Shown here in pieces: positions 37,430 through 48,912 of a stretch of 64,000 bases of DNA. The notes under the pieces are model-generated. The model saw only the letters and a program-made list of their open reading frames with translations. It had not been told where the DNA came from and searched no databases. Source of the stretch: a virus. Taxonomy: Duplodnaviria; Caudoviricetes. The position numbers were made by a program, and so were the translations under genes. The stretch lies in the IMG/VR virus record IMGVR_UViG_2751185828_000002. One strand, given 5' to 3'. Position 1 is the first letter of the stretch, and the number at the start of each line of letters is the position of its first letter.

Positions 37430-38743
37430 TCAGTAGCCCCAACCAGAGCTGACGGGGGGATCGCCAAGCGGATCTTCAAGCTCGTCGACTGCCGGGAACA
37501 GATCGCCTTCGCCCGCAAAGGATTTCGCAGCATCCAGTCCGGTTTGAAGATCAAGCTCGGCTAACCGTGACTCTACCCACTGCAGCATCCGGCCCAGATC
37601 CGAGTCGACGGCTAGGCTGGCTTCCTGCGGCAGGCCGGAGATCCATTCGCGGATTTCGCGGGCCTCCCGACGCAGCTCAATTATCTGCCGTAGGTGAGAG
37701 AGTCGCGTCTCCTCGCGTTTGAGGCGGGCCTGTGCGAGCTGTCGCCGTTGCTGCAGGATTTTCCATTGCCTCTCGCGCTCCTCACGCTCCTCGCGGCGCA
37801 CACGAATGGTCTCTAGAATGAGCTCTATGCCGGCGACTATTTCGGGGACCATCCGTTCCACGCGTTGCGTCTTGCCGTCACCCCATGTCTTCCGCAGGCC
37901 GTCCGCCCACGCATCGATCGAGAACACGAGTTCGCCGGTCCACGCGGTCACATATTCCGGCCAGGGTGGACTGCTGCCGAACGAAATGCTGTCCCAATCG
38001 TTGCGCCGAAGGGACCGTGCCCGTTTCTCTTTCCTCTTCTCCTCCCGAGCGATTTCTTCTGGGGTCGGTACGTATTTCAGCCTTCTCGTTCGTTCGAGCA
38101 GGGTGAAGCTGATCTTGTCCGCGCCCTTCTGAACGGACATCTTCTCTCCGTCCGCTGTCAGGCTCAGCCCGACTTCGTCGAGCGTCCGCGCCAACGCGTC
38201 GAGGAAAAAGCAAGCACGTTCGGCGGACGGAGCGCCGACGATCACGCCACACTGGCCTGGCGCCGTGGCGCTGAGGACGCCCTCCTTGTCCGGCTTCCTG
38301 GTCCGAAGGAATCTCACCGTTTTCGCCACCGAGGCGTGTGGGTTTTCTACCAGAGGCATTGGGGATTCTGGCGTCGCCTTGATGGTAGCAGCCCGGACTT
38401 CGCGCTCAGCCTTTCGCTTCCGGGCGAGTTCGGCGACGCTGTCAGGAAGAGCTGAGCTGGCCCCGCGGATGCTCACCTGATCGAGGCTTCGATCCCTCAG
38501 TTCAAGGAAGGGCGGCACTTTCGGTTGTTCTCCGGCTGCCACCTTGGCCCAGTACCCCCGGGGCGGTACGGGAATGCGATGACGACTGCAGGCCTTCGCG
38601 AGCCCCCGATCCGATATCCCGAATTCCTGTGCAAGCGCTGTCATCGGCTTGCTCCAGACCAGGTCGTAGAGGTCCCGACGGCTAAGTATCTGTGAAGTCA
38701 ACAATTCTTGAACTCTCCGCAATACAGCTTCGCGCGGAAGCAA
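37430..38743 (-). CDS. Conserved island protein with N-terminal HTH and coiled coils
   Basis: LYDLVWSKPMTALAQEFGISDRGLAKACSRHRIPVPPRGYWAK HTH-like motif; E/R-rich coiled coils. Start may be slightly downstream. Confidence 0.75.
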   Translation of the reverse strand: MLPREAVLRRVQELLTSQILSRRDLYDLVWSKPMTALAQEFGISDRGLAKACSRHRIPVPPRGYWAKVAAGEQPKVPPFLELRDRSLDQVSIRGASSALPDSVAELARKRKAEREVRAATIKATPESPMPLVENPHASVAKTVRFLRTRKPDKEGVLSATAPGQCGVIVGAPSAERACFFLDALARTLDEVGLSLTADGEKMSVQKGADKISFTLLERTRRLKYVPTPEEIAREEKRKEKRARSLRRNDWDSISFGSSPPWPEYVTAWTGELVFSIDAWADGLRKTWGDGKTQRVERMVPEIVAGIELILETIRVRREEREERERQWKILQQRRQLAQARLKREETRLSHLRQIIELRREAREIREWISGLPQEASLAVDSDLGRMLQWVESRLAELDLQTGLDAAKSFAGEGDLFPAVDELEDPLGDPPVSSGWGY

Positions 38744-39289
38744 TATCCCGCAGCGCCGTTTTAGCTGTCATCGCGACCCGGGTGAAACTTGGAGAAGGTT
38801 GGATATCAGACCCATCCCCTCCGCCAGTTCTTCCTGGTGTCACGGGTTGTTGCAGCAGGGGCCCGGTCATCTGGATCGGCAAGCTGCCGGTTTTCTGCTG
38901 TAGCGCGGCGCGCATTACCAGTTGCCGGCGGCCGGACCTGCGCCATTGTCAATGGGATCAAGATAACAAGGACGGTCAGACCTGCCGATCGGCCCGGCAG
39001 AGATCGCCGACGGCAGGCTGGCTGAGGCCGGCCAAGATCACTTTGCGCAGGCCATCTGCGCGCCACTGTCGCGCATGCCCGCTTGTGGGCGAGCCCTAAG
39101 CCTGCCTTGGCAACCTGTTGCCCGCCAGCAGGGATGGCCAGGCGGGCAGGGGCAGCGGTTGGGATCAGCCCGCTTGCTCACCGGCCGACCGCCCTGCCGC
39201 TGCCATCGGCGCGGCGGGTGCAGCGGCGGCTTGTGGCGCGGCGGGCCGAACGAGACAAAAGCGCAAGCCGAACGGGACGGGTGGTCGGC

Positions 39290-39682
39290 TCACTTCCGGC
39301 GACCGACGCCGGCGGTCAGGATGACGGCGGTTGCGGCGACGGCGGCGGCGATGAGGCGGCGGCGGCGGTGCCAGAGCGCGGCGGCGGTGATCGCGCCGAG
39401 GGTGACGGCGCTCCAGTCCAGGATGCCGTCCCAGACCAGCGCCCACGACAGCCTGCGCTGCGGGCCTGCGGCCGTGATCAGCTGCCCGCCTTCCCAGCCG
39501 ACCAGATAGGCCATGCTCAGCACGGCAACGGCGTTCCAAGCCTCGCGGATGATCCAGATCGCCATGATCAAGGCGGTCAGCCCGGCGCCGATGGCCCAGT
39601 GTCCCATCAGGGCCGCCGCCCAGACATAGGGATCGGCCTGCGCCTCGGGGGTGGCGAACATGGCGCGGATCAGGGCGATCAT
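39290..39682 (-). CDS. Phage membrane protein (3-4 TM)
   Basis: 130 aa hydrophobic ORF coupled to the upstream gene. Confidence 0.65.
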   Translation of the reverse strand: MIALIRAMFATPEAQADPYVWAAALMGHWAIGAGLTALIMAIWIIREAWNAVAVLSMAYLVGWEGGQLITAAGPQRRLSWALVWDGILDWSAVTLGAITAAALWHRRRRLIAAAVAATAVILTAGVGRRK

Positions 39683-40488
39683 GCGCGTGCCCCTGCGGGG
39701 GCCGACAAGCTGAGCCCGTATTTGCCGGCCAAAGCCTGACGGATCACACTGATCTGCGAATCGAGGGCGGCGCTGCCGTCGGTGATCAGGGACACGATCT
39801 CAAAGACTGGCCCGGTCCAACGCGGGGATAGATTTGCCGGTTCACCACGCCCGATCACGTTGATCAACACCTTGTCGAGGCCGATGGCGGTGCCGGCCGC
39901 GTCCGCCTCGACCCCGTTCTGCCAGGCGCGCAGACCTGACGGCAGCAACTGCACCTCGTTCAAAACCATCTGCCCGACAGCACGAGGCAGCTTTCCGGTC
40001 GTCGAGCCTGCAAGGTTGATCGTCGAGGCGACAGACCCATCCGCGAAATTGCTATGGAAGAACCGCATCGTCCGGGCCGTTCCCCCATTGATGCTGGCCG
40101 GCCCGCCCAGGAAATAGACCTGTTGGCCGGAGGTGCGCGTCGCGACGACGAACAGGCGGACGCCGATAAGATCGGCCGGATTGGCCAGCATCAGGCTGCC
40201 GACATCCAGAGACAGCCCGCCGTTGACGATCGGAACGGCGGCATCTGCCGGGGCGGCGTCGAACATGGCGCCGGCGCCTCCGGCATTCGGGACCGCGGTA
40301 ACGTTGCCATCGGCCCCGACGGTGGCCCGCGACGCCGCGAGGTGGATCGGGACCTGACCGCGGGCAACGCCATAAAGGTCCGGGATCGTCAGCGGCCGCG
40401 TCCAGGCATAGCCGGGGCCTTTCAACGCCCTGATCTCGCCCATCGGCCCCTTGATCCGTTTGGCCCTGGTCAGGTCCAGCTTTGGCAT
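39679..40488 (-). CDS. Phage tail-associated protein, probable LamG/ConA-like beta-sandwich
   Basis: 269 aa, beta-rich, AWQNGV motif; follows the collagen-like gene. Fold is inference. Confidence 0.55.
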   Translation of the reverse strand: MPKLDLTRAKRIKGPMGEIRALKGPGYAWTRPLTIPDLYGVARGQVPIHLAASRATVGADGNVTAVPNAGGAGAMFDAAPADAAVPIVNGGLSLDVGSLMLANPADLIGVRLFVVATRTSGQQVYFLGGPASINGGTARTMRFFHSNFADGSVASTINLAGSTTGKLPRAVGQMVLNEVQLLPSGLRAWQNGVEADAAGTAIGLDKVLINVIGRGEPANLSPRWTGPVFEIVSLITDGSAALDSQISVIRQALAGKYGLSLSAPAGARA

Positions 40489-41081
40489 CAGACCAGCACC
40501 ACCAGCTGGTTCACGGCAGGCGCGGCGGCGTCATAGGCGGACTGCGTGGTCACCACGGTCACAGTCCAGCTGGTGCCGTCCTTGCCGGCGGCACCTGTGG
40601 GGCCAGCGGCGCCGGTGTCGCCCTTGTCGCCTTTGGCGCCCGTGGCACCGGTGTCGCCTTTGTCCCCCTTTGGGCCGGTCGGGCCCATAAGGCCCTGAGG
40701 ACCTGCCACGCCTTGCGACCCTTGCGGTCCCTGCGGCCCGATCGGACCCGTCGCGCCGGCCGGGCCGGCCGCGCCTGTATCGCCCCTGTCGCCCTTGAGG
40801 CCGGTCGGGCCACGCGCACCGGCCGGGCCGGCCTCTCCCCGCGCCACCGTCAGGACCCCGGTCGCCGGGTCATAGCGCGTCACATCGCCGGCGACGGTCG
40901 ACAGGCCGGTAATCTGCCGCACGCCGGCCAGGGCCTGGTCGCGCGCCGCCAGCAGCTGCGCGGCGGTCTCATCGAGCGCCCTGGCCGCGGCAATCGCCCC
41001 ATCGATCCGGGCGCGATCCTCGGGCGACACCGTCCCCGGCGGCCCCTGAAACCCGACCTCGATCACCTCGATATCCGCCAA
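40488..41081 (-). CDS. Collagen-like (Gly-X-Y) phage fibre protein
   Basis: About 30 consecutive GXY triplets ([12 protein letters not shown]...GKDG); C-terminal TQSAYDA motif. Confidence 0.85.
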   Translation of the reverse strand: MADIEVIEVGFQGPPGTVSPEDRARIDGAIAAARALDETAAQLLAARDQALAGVRQITGLSTVAGDVTRYDPATGVLTVARGEAGPAGARGPTGLKGDRGDTGAAGPAGATGPIGPQGPQGSQGVAGPQGLMGPTGPKGDKGDTGATGAKGDKGDTGAAGPTGAAGKDGTSWTVTVVTTQSAYDAAAPAVNQLVVLV

Positions 41082-41083
41082 CG

Positions 41084-41383
41084 TCAGCAGCCCTTACGCA
41101 CGATCAGCACCCAGTCGCCATAGGCGCGCAGCTCTCCGCCCGGCCAGCGTATCCAGAGGGCGGCATGGTAGCGACCGGACGGCAGGTCCACGCTGGCAGG
41201 GGACAGTTCGAACGCGAACCCCTGGGCGTCAGGGGCGGCGGCGATCCGCAGGCAGACCCCGGCCGCTGCGGTAATCCGCAACTCGGCCGAGGCGCCGGCC
41301 AGATCGGCCAGCGCGCCCCCGGCCACCCGCGGGGCCACCCGCCAAGTCTTGGTCTCGCCAATCGTGTAGTCGATCGCTCTCAC
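41084..41383 (-). CDS. Small tail protein (BppU-N-like Ig fold)
   Basis: GTG start overlapping the upstream stop; [11 protein letters not shown] and [11 protein letters not shown] pattern. Confidence 0.55.
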   Translation of the reverse strand: MRAIDYTIGETKTWRVAPRVAGGALADLAGASAELRITAAAGVCLRIAAAPDAQGFAFELSPASVDLPSGRYHAALWIRWPGGELRAYGDWVLIVRKGC

Positions 41384-41949
41384 GGCCTTACTCCGAAAAT
41401 CTCGTCCAGCGCCTCGTCGGTGACGCCCAATCCATAGGCTGCTGCGACGATCACGGGGTGGGTGCGGCTGATCTGGCTGTCCGTGCGCCATTTGATCCGT
41501 GCCGCCATCTGGGCATCGGCCGGCAGCGATGACATCAGCTCATCCATTCTGGCGGGGATGGCGCCCGCGGCGGCGTCCTCGGCCTCGGTAGGCGTCAGGA
41601 TGCCTGCGACGACCAGCCGGATCAGCAATTCGGACTTGTCGAGCGATGCTGTCCGGCGGGCGGCAGCCAGGGCCGCTGCGGCTTGCGCGGCAATCTCGGC
41701 CGGGCTGCGAGGATCGGTCCAGGCACCTGCGTCGGCATCCCACGTGTGATGATCTGATGGGCGGGCGGGATATTCGCGGCGCGCTGCAAACTGCTGCGCG
41801 TGGACCATCGCAAGCAGGGCCGGATAATCGGGATCCAGGGGAGAGGCCAGATCAACGCGCGTCTGGCCCGGCCCGACGTCCTGGTAATACTGGATGTCGG
41901 CATCACCCAGGAAATGCGCGCCGATCACAGGGGCATCTGGTATCATCAT
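41380..41949 (-). CDS. Tail fibre assembly/chaperone-like protein
   Basis: ATG at 41949 overlaps the tail-tip stop; RPSDHHTWDADAGAW...ISRTHPVI..LG..DEALDEIF. Confidence 0.6.
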   Translation of the reverse strand: MMIPDAPVIGAHFLGDADIQYYQDVGPGQTRVDLASPLDPDYPALLAMVHAQQFAARREYPARPSDHHTWDADAGAWTDPRSPAEIAAQAAAALAAARRTASLDKSELLIRLVVAGILTPTEAEDAAAGAIPARMDELMSSLPADAQMAARIKWRTDSQISRTHPVIVAAAYGLGVTDEALDEIFGVRP

Positions 41950-44900
41950 GACACCTCGTAAAGCGTCCACTTGATCTGATGGGCGGACAGCGACGTGATG
42001 CCCTGCGCCCACAGTTCGAAGATGATGCGCAGGTTCTGGGGATCGCTCCACCGGGTCAGGGGCGCGACATGGGCGACCCAGCCCCAGAGCTCAGCCCCCG
42101 TTGCGGACTGTGCAGTGGCTGTCGCGCCGACCATTCCTGCGACGGCGAGATAGGTCCGCTTCGCACCCGCCCAGGCGGAGATGCCGACGCTGGTCTCCGT
42201 ATAGACATAGCGGATGGGACCGGAGGTAAGCTGCTTGCCGTCGAGAAGCGTCGCTGTCGTCGCGCTGACATTGAACGTGCCGGTCTGAACCGCCAGTTGC
42301 CGCCTGATCTTGACCGAGTTGAACTCGGCCGAGCCGGCCTTGTTGATCTGCCAGCCGACGCCATCCTCGCCCGTGACGAAATTGCTCGACTGGATGATGT
42401 TGCCAATCTTGGCGTTCGTGATGATCCCGTCGCCGATCTGGGCGCTGTCGGTCAAGACAGCAGCGGTCTTGACCAACTGGGTTGCGGTCACAGTCCCGGT
42501 CTTGATCGAGGCGCCGTCGACGATGGTGCGGCCATAGTCAGCGTCCAGCTTGGTGCCGCCCTCATAGGTGGCGATGCAGACGTTATCCGTCGCCATCGCG
42601 ATCGAAAGGGTGCTTGTTGTCGTGAAGGCGTTCGAACCCTTGGCCCAGTAGATATACATCACACCGGATGACCAGGTGGCGTTGCCGGCCGGGATTGACC
42701 GGCTGACGGTGGCGCCGGTGTCGTCGATGTAGCGAATATAGCCAGCCGTCCAGGACACCTTGTTCGTGGACGGGCTGTTATGCTCGAACTGGATGCCGGT
42801 CAGTGTGATGTTGCGTGAGCCGATCTCGAGGGCATTGGCCTTGACCGTGTTGGCGCTGATGTTGCCGCCGTCAATCCGCGTTTCGTCGCCGCCCTTGCGC
42901 CAGTCGGACAGGGTTGTGGTGCCGGAAATCCTGATCTTGCCGGGGTCGATCTGGGTATTGGCCGCATTGATCCGCGCTGCGGGGTCTTCAGCCTGGTTCT
43001 TGATGGTGGCAAGGGGCTGGCCGTTGACGGTCAATGATCCGGTCAGCGCCGTGCCCGCCTTGAGCGTGGCTGCGCTGAGTTCGACGACATGGGCGTCGGT
43101 GATGAAAGCCTCCCTGATCGTCGCGATCGTCGCCAGGAGGTTCGGGGTATCAACGGCACGGGCCTTGATCGTGTCGGTGATGATCGAGTTGCCGTCGATG
43201 TAGGTAAAGCTGCCCGGCGCATAGGGCGTGGGCTCGCTGCGGCTCTCGGCCGAGCCTGTCTGCATCGGCTTGTGGACGAACAGATAGCTGTCGGTTTCAC
43301 TTTCGGTCGGCAGCTTGCGCAGGTTCAGAACTGCATAGGCTGTGCCCGCAGGTGCCTGACCTTTAACCCAGATACGCGGCCAAAGATCGGGTTGGTGGAA
43401 GACCCGCTGGCCGGCGGCTGCTCCGTCATTCCGGTATAGCCGAGCGTCGTGCCGTCTTCAGCCCGCCATTCGATCCGCAATTGCGCCTTGCATCGGTGCG
43501 TTGACAGTTGGACCGAAACCTCAAGCCATTCGCCAGGCGAGGTTGGCCAGCCTTGGCTTCCCTGTCCGGTATTGGCTGAGATACCCAGATAGCGGAGATC
43601 GGCATAGCCGCTGGACGCGCTGCCATTCTGACGGATGACGAGGGTCGGATAGGTCGGCCCGGCATAGGCCGATCCTGCAGAGCGGATAGCCAGCGGTTCG
43701 ATCTCGGCGCCGGCCCCACCGTTGCCGGTGAGCGCCCATCCGGCCGTGCTCGATGCGAAACTGCTGTTCTGAATGAAGTTTCCGCCGAACCCGACGGCAA
43801 GTTTCTGCGTGGTCACGGCACCCGCGTCGATGTGCCCGGCCCTTACAGCGTTCGCGCTGATCTTATCGGCGGTGATCGACCCATCGACGATCAGCTCGCC
43901 GCCGTTCTTGCGACGCAGGATCGGTTTCGTGGCAACGACGTTCGGAACGGCATTGGCACCCGCATAAAGACGCAGCCGAACATAGGCCGTGCCTGCCGGG
44001 GCCTCCGCCATCAGAAGTTGCGACACCTGCGGGCTGGTGCCAGAGGTGATGGAAGGGCCGCGGATTTCAGCGATCGCCGTCTTTGTGGCGTTGGAGAATT
44101 CGATGCTCACGCGCGCGTTGAACGCGCCTTCTGTCTCTCCCCGGAACACGGCCTCGGCGTAGAACTGATCGCCAGCTCGTGCCGGAACATAGGTGGCTCC
44201 GGCGGCAAGCGAACCCGTGCTCGGCAGGAACCTGATGTTGCCAGGCGATACGGCGGCGGGATTTCCGGCGTTCACCTCGATCTTGGATGTGTTTGTCCGA
44301 TGCCAGGCGTTCGCGTCATAGATCTGATCGTCCGCAACCAGGTTGGTCCAGTCGGCGACGGTCATCTTCGACGCGACGACCGCCCCCGCCGCCAGTTCGC
44401 GGGTATTGATCGCACCAGCCGCGATCTTTCCAGCAACCACCGCATCCGTGTCGATCTTGCTGGCCGTGATCGACCCATCGACGATCAGCTCGCCCTTGTT
44501 CTTGATGCGAACAGTAGGCGAGCCGAAAATGATGTTGCCATCCGTATCCGCCGCATAGACATAGAAACGGAAGCGGGCCTGGTAGGCGCCCGCCGGAACG
44601 GTCAGCTCCCCGGTGAAATCATTGGCTGTGTTGGATGTTCCGTTGACGGACGCGAAGGTCACGTTTCCACCGGACAGCGCCGCGTCGTTCTTGTCGTAAT
44701 AAACGATCTGGGAGAGGCAACGCATCTTCGTGCCGCCAGAACGGATCATCTGCGAGGACAGATAGAGGACATCGCCGGGGGTGACAGGGAAGAACCCGAC
44801 CGTGCGGCACGAGCTGTCAGCTCCTGTGGGGTTGTCGGCGGTGCGATAGAGCCAGCTTCCGACTGAGCGGATGCTGCTACTGCCCGTCACCTTCTGATGA

Positions 44901-47900
44901 ATCCAGGCGCCATTGGTGGAGATCCATGCGCTCGCATCCTGGATCTGATCGTCGGGAACGAGATTGGTGAAGTCAGCAATTGCAAGCTTGGAAGCGACGA
45001 TTGCGCCAGCCGCCAGTTCGCGGGCATTGATCGCGCCAGCGGCGATCTTTCCGGCCGTTACGGCATCGGCAGCGATCGTTCCCGCCGTCACGGCATCAGC
45101 GGCGAGCTTTCCTGCTGTCACGGCGCCAGCCGCGATCTTGTCGGCCTGGACCGCGCCTGCGGCGATCTTGGCGGCACTGACGGCGCCGGCATCCAGCTTG
45201 GCGGTGGTGATGGCGAGAGAGGCGATTTCATCCGCAGTGACAGCGCCAGCCGCGATCTTGCCCGTCACCACCGATCCGGCTGCCAGCTTTGGCGTCGTGA
45301 CGGCGTCGTCGCTGATCTGTGTGCCGACGATCTGCCCCGTGATCTTGGCGGCTGCAATGTCGGCAAGCTGGCTGTCGGACAGCTTGCCGGTGATCTTGGA
45401 CGCTTCCAGAGCCTCGACCTGTGCAGCTTTCACCAGCCCCGCGATGTCAAACGATGCAACTTCGGCCGTGTATTTGCTGCCGTCCCAGCGATAGAGTTTG
45501 CCGTTCCAGAGTAGCGAGGCTGTCTGCCTGGTCGTCGGCAGCGCCGCGCCCGTATGGATGGTGACAGGTTCGATTCCCGTGGCAAACTGGGCCGCAGCGA
45601 TCTTGCCGGACAGGTCGGCAGCATCGACCAGCGGAACATAAGCCGTGCCGTTCCATTTGTAGACACGGCCTTGCCAGAAGATCTGGGTCGTCAGCCTGGA
45701 TGCCGGCAGCGTCGCGCCTGCATGAACGGTGACAGGCTCGATTCCGGCCGCGAACTGCGTGGCCTGGATGGCCCCGGTCAGGTTGGAGGCGCTGACCAGA
45801 TCGACATAGGCCGTGCCGTTCCACACATAGAGCCGACCATTCCAAGAGATCGTGTCGGCCTGCCTGGTCGTCGGCAGAGCCGTGCCAGTCCACACCTGGA
45901 TCGGCTGAACCCCATTGCCGAAGCTCGTGGCATCGACAAGCCCCTTGAGCTTTTCGGTCGTGATCGTCGGGTCGGGCGCGGCGACCGCAGCCTTCGACAC
46001 ACTCGCAGTCCAGCCCGAGATATTGCCTGAGGTGTCCACGGCCCGGATGCGAACATAGCGCAGCTCGCTGTCGGGGACTTCGGTGATGACCGCGCTGGCC
46101 GCCGGGGTGCGGCTCGTGACGGTGCTTGGGTTGTTGGTCTTGCCGACCGCGACCTCGTAGTGGCTGAAGTCGGCCTCGGTGTTGCGGTTCCACTCGATCC
46201 AGATGGTGTTGAACCCGGCAGTGGCCCTGAGGCCGGTCGGGATGGCAGGCGGCACCGTGTCGCGCGCGACCGTGTGGGTTGCCACGGGCGACCAGTTCGA
46301 GCGGTTGCCGACCCGGTCCACACGACGGCGGCGAACCGCATAGGACGTGCCGGGGGTGACGCCCTGCCAGGTATAGCGGGCGCCAGAAGTCTGGGCGTAC
46401 AGCGGATTGCCGCCCGCCTCGGTGATCTCGAGGTCGGAATACACCGCCTCGGCATCATCCGCCGCCCAGCTTGCCGTCAGCGTGCTGGGGGTGGAACTCA
46501 GCGTTACCAAAGGCGGCGTATCGGGCGCAGTGGTGTCAATGTCGGACGAAGGAACCACAATGGCGGGCGTCGAGAATGCCGTCCAGTCGGTCCAGCTGAC
46601 CGCGCTTCCATCTGCGGCCACGAACGAGATGCGCGCCTCATAGGCGGTCAGCGGCGTGAAACCGGGGGAAATGATTGTCTCGCCTTCTTCGGGACTGCCC
46701 ATCATGCCGCGAGCGGCGTCGGTCTGCCCGGCCAGGCGTGTTTCCCACCGAACCGCGGTGATGCCGTCCAACGCCCAGCCTCCCCAGCGCAGGCGTGCCG
46801 CGACCCCGCGAGGGCTGCCCCTGACCTTCAGCGCGATCCCCTCGGCCGTGAAGAACTGCGGCACCGCCGGGGACGGCGTCGGTCGCGTCACCGGCGCGAT
46901 CGTCGAAGGCAGCTTGAAATCCGGCTGCCAATCATAGTCGGCAGGATCGACCTCGGTGACCGAGATGGTGACGTTGAGCGTCAGGGGGTCCTCGGAAATC
47001 TCGAACACTTCGAACAGCTTGGTGTCGTAGCCGTTCTCGGTGCTGGACCAGGCGATAACGTCCAGCGGCTCGAGCGCCTCGGCGTCGGGCGGCAGGGTGA
47101 ACTCGTGGCGGCGGAAATGCCGCTCTTCCTCAATCATCGCGCGCATGATGCGCTGGACCTGATCACCCCAGGGACAGGCCGGCATCGTCAGTTCGGCGAC
47201 AAGGCGGCGCCCCTGGTCGGCTGTCTCCCAGCCAGCATTGTATCGGGGAGGCGCGTCCTTCGAGCGCCATAGCTGGGCCGGCTCGGGATAGGTGGCATGG
47301 ACCGCGTTATAGGTTGCCTCCAGCCCCGGGAACGGGGTGGCAGTGGCGTCGGCGTCCAGGATCAGATCGTCATCGGTCAGGAAGTAGACCGGCGCAGCGG
47401 GAGGGCCGACCCGCACGCGCCAGACCCCGCCGACCTCGGCCACTTTGGCGCAGCAGACCTTGAGCACCTCATCCAGCACCGACGCGGGCTCTTCGTCGAT
47501 CGATACCTCCCACGCCGCCTGCCATCGCGGCTTGCCGTCCACCAGCTGGTCCGCGGCGGTCATCGCCGGCGCCCATACCGAATAGGGAAGCGCCTCGGCC
47601 GCCACTCCGTAACCCCAGAGCGGGCCACCCTCGATCGGGATGCCGCGCAGGATATTGTAGGCCAGGACGATGCCGTTGGTGGTTGTCGCCCAGGTCGCCG
47701 GGTTGTCCCAGCGCTGCGTGCCGGAGCCGCCCGCTGTGCTGTCCTTGCGCGGATCGTAGAGCGGCGTGCCCCGCATGACGAACCGGCACCGCGGCAGGCC
47801 GCTGAAGCTTCTGGTGCTGTAGCGGAAGGTCAGGATCGCATAGCAGGTGCCGACCCCGACCATGTCCGCCGTCCAGGGGCGCTCAGACTTCTCGGCCCAT

Positions 47901-48502
47901 TTGGTGCCCGGACCATAGACCTGCAGCAGATAGGGATCGGCCGCGGCCTGGGTGCCGTCGCAATAGCGCAGCCAGACCTTGTCCTTGTATTTCTCGGTCC
48001 TGATTGGCCGACCCGGCGTGATCAGCGGACGCAGTGCCGACCCGGCGTTGGGCGCGGCGGGGTCGATGCCCTGCTGGACATACCACCAGTCGGGCTTGCC
48101 CGCAGGCACGGCGCCGCCCTGCGGGATTGTCTCGTCCACAGTCTCGAACTCGACCTCGGTGTCGTCGATGATTACCTTGTCGATCTGCTGGCGCGGCACG
48201 TTCCCAAGGTCGATGACATAGGTCAGATAGGCGTTCGACCAGTCGTCGAACCTGCCATGCGACATCGGCGGGCAAACCATATGGCCATCGGTCGCATACC
48301 AGCCCAGCACGAAGGTCATCGGCTTGTCGCCGCCGTCGGTGGTGTATTCTGTCTTGATGCCCTGCTGGACGGGCTTTGCCATCTTCTTCTGGATGGCGGT
48401 GCTGATCGCGCTGACCGCGACACTCAGCAGTAGACGGCCGATCAGGGCACTGCCGCCTGCGGTGGCCCAGGCAGTGGTGACGACGGCGGCGACGGCAGGC
48501 AT
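41946..48502 (-). pseudogene. Giant tail-tip/host-specificity protein (gpJ-like, ~2185 aa), -1 frameshift at ~43389
   Basis: ORF 43325..48502 (J-like N-terminus, FN3-like domains, repeats) continues into 41946..43265 if one base is added at AAC CCG AT CTT TGG (restoring NPDLWPRIWVKG). Confidence 0.8.
45410..45913 (-). repeat. Three tandem 168-bp (56-aa) repeats within the tail-tip gene
   Basis: GVQPIQVWTGTALPTTRQ.../GIEPVTVHAGATLPASRL.../GIEPVTIHTGAALPTTRQ...; TGCCTGGTCGTCGGCAG occurs at 45525 and 45861 (2 x 168 bp apart). Confidence 0.85.
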
Positions 48503-48912
48503 CAGCGCACCCCCAGGATGGTGCCGGCGCGGTCGATCGACACAAGGCCGAGACCGCGGCCGCTTGCCGGCAGGACATAGACCAGCTCGCCCTGGACGAT
48601 GCCCAGGGCGCGATCGTCATCGGTTTGGACGATGGCCAGATCAGCGGGCATGGCCTGACCGCGGGGCACGGGGGGATGCGACTGGACGGCGGCGTCGATG
48701 TGATCCACGAACCCGGCCGCGCGCATCAGCCGCAGCCCTTCGGCGCGTGTCCCATAGCGGCCGCGCCACTTCGCCGCCGGATCGTGGCCCGTCACCGCCT
48801 CGACCCCGCCGGCCGCAAACAGCGCACAGTCGTGGCGCCCCCAGGCAAACTGCTCGCGCGAGGCGCGGGCCAGATAAGAAGACAGGCGGGCCTCCCAGTT
48901 GTAGAGCCTCAT
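48502..48912 (-). CDS. DUF6950 / NlpC-like tail tip protein
   Basis: FAWGRHDCALFAAGGVEAVTG motif. Confidence 0.75.
   Translation of the reverse strand: MRLYNWEARLSSYLARASREQFAWGRHDCALFAAGGVEAVTGHDPAAKWRGRYGTRAEGLRLMRAAGFVDHIDAAVQSHPPVPRGQAMPADLAIVQTDDDRALGIVQGELVYVLPASGRGLGLVSIDRAGTILGVR

Noticed and set aside
38780-39290. Small ORFs or the Mu end in the gap between the HTH gene and the Mu remnant
   Set aside because: Only short motif-free ORFs (one Cys-rich) and no recognisable transposase-binding repeats; nothing supportable.
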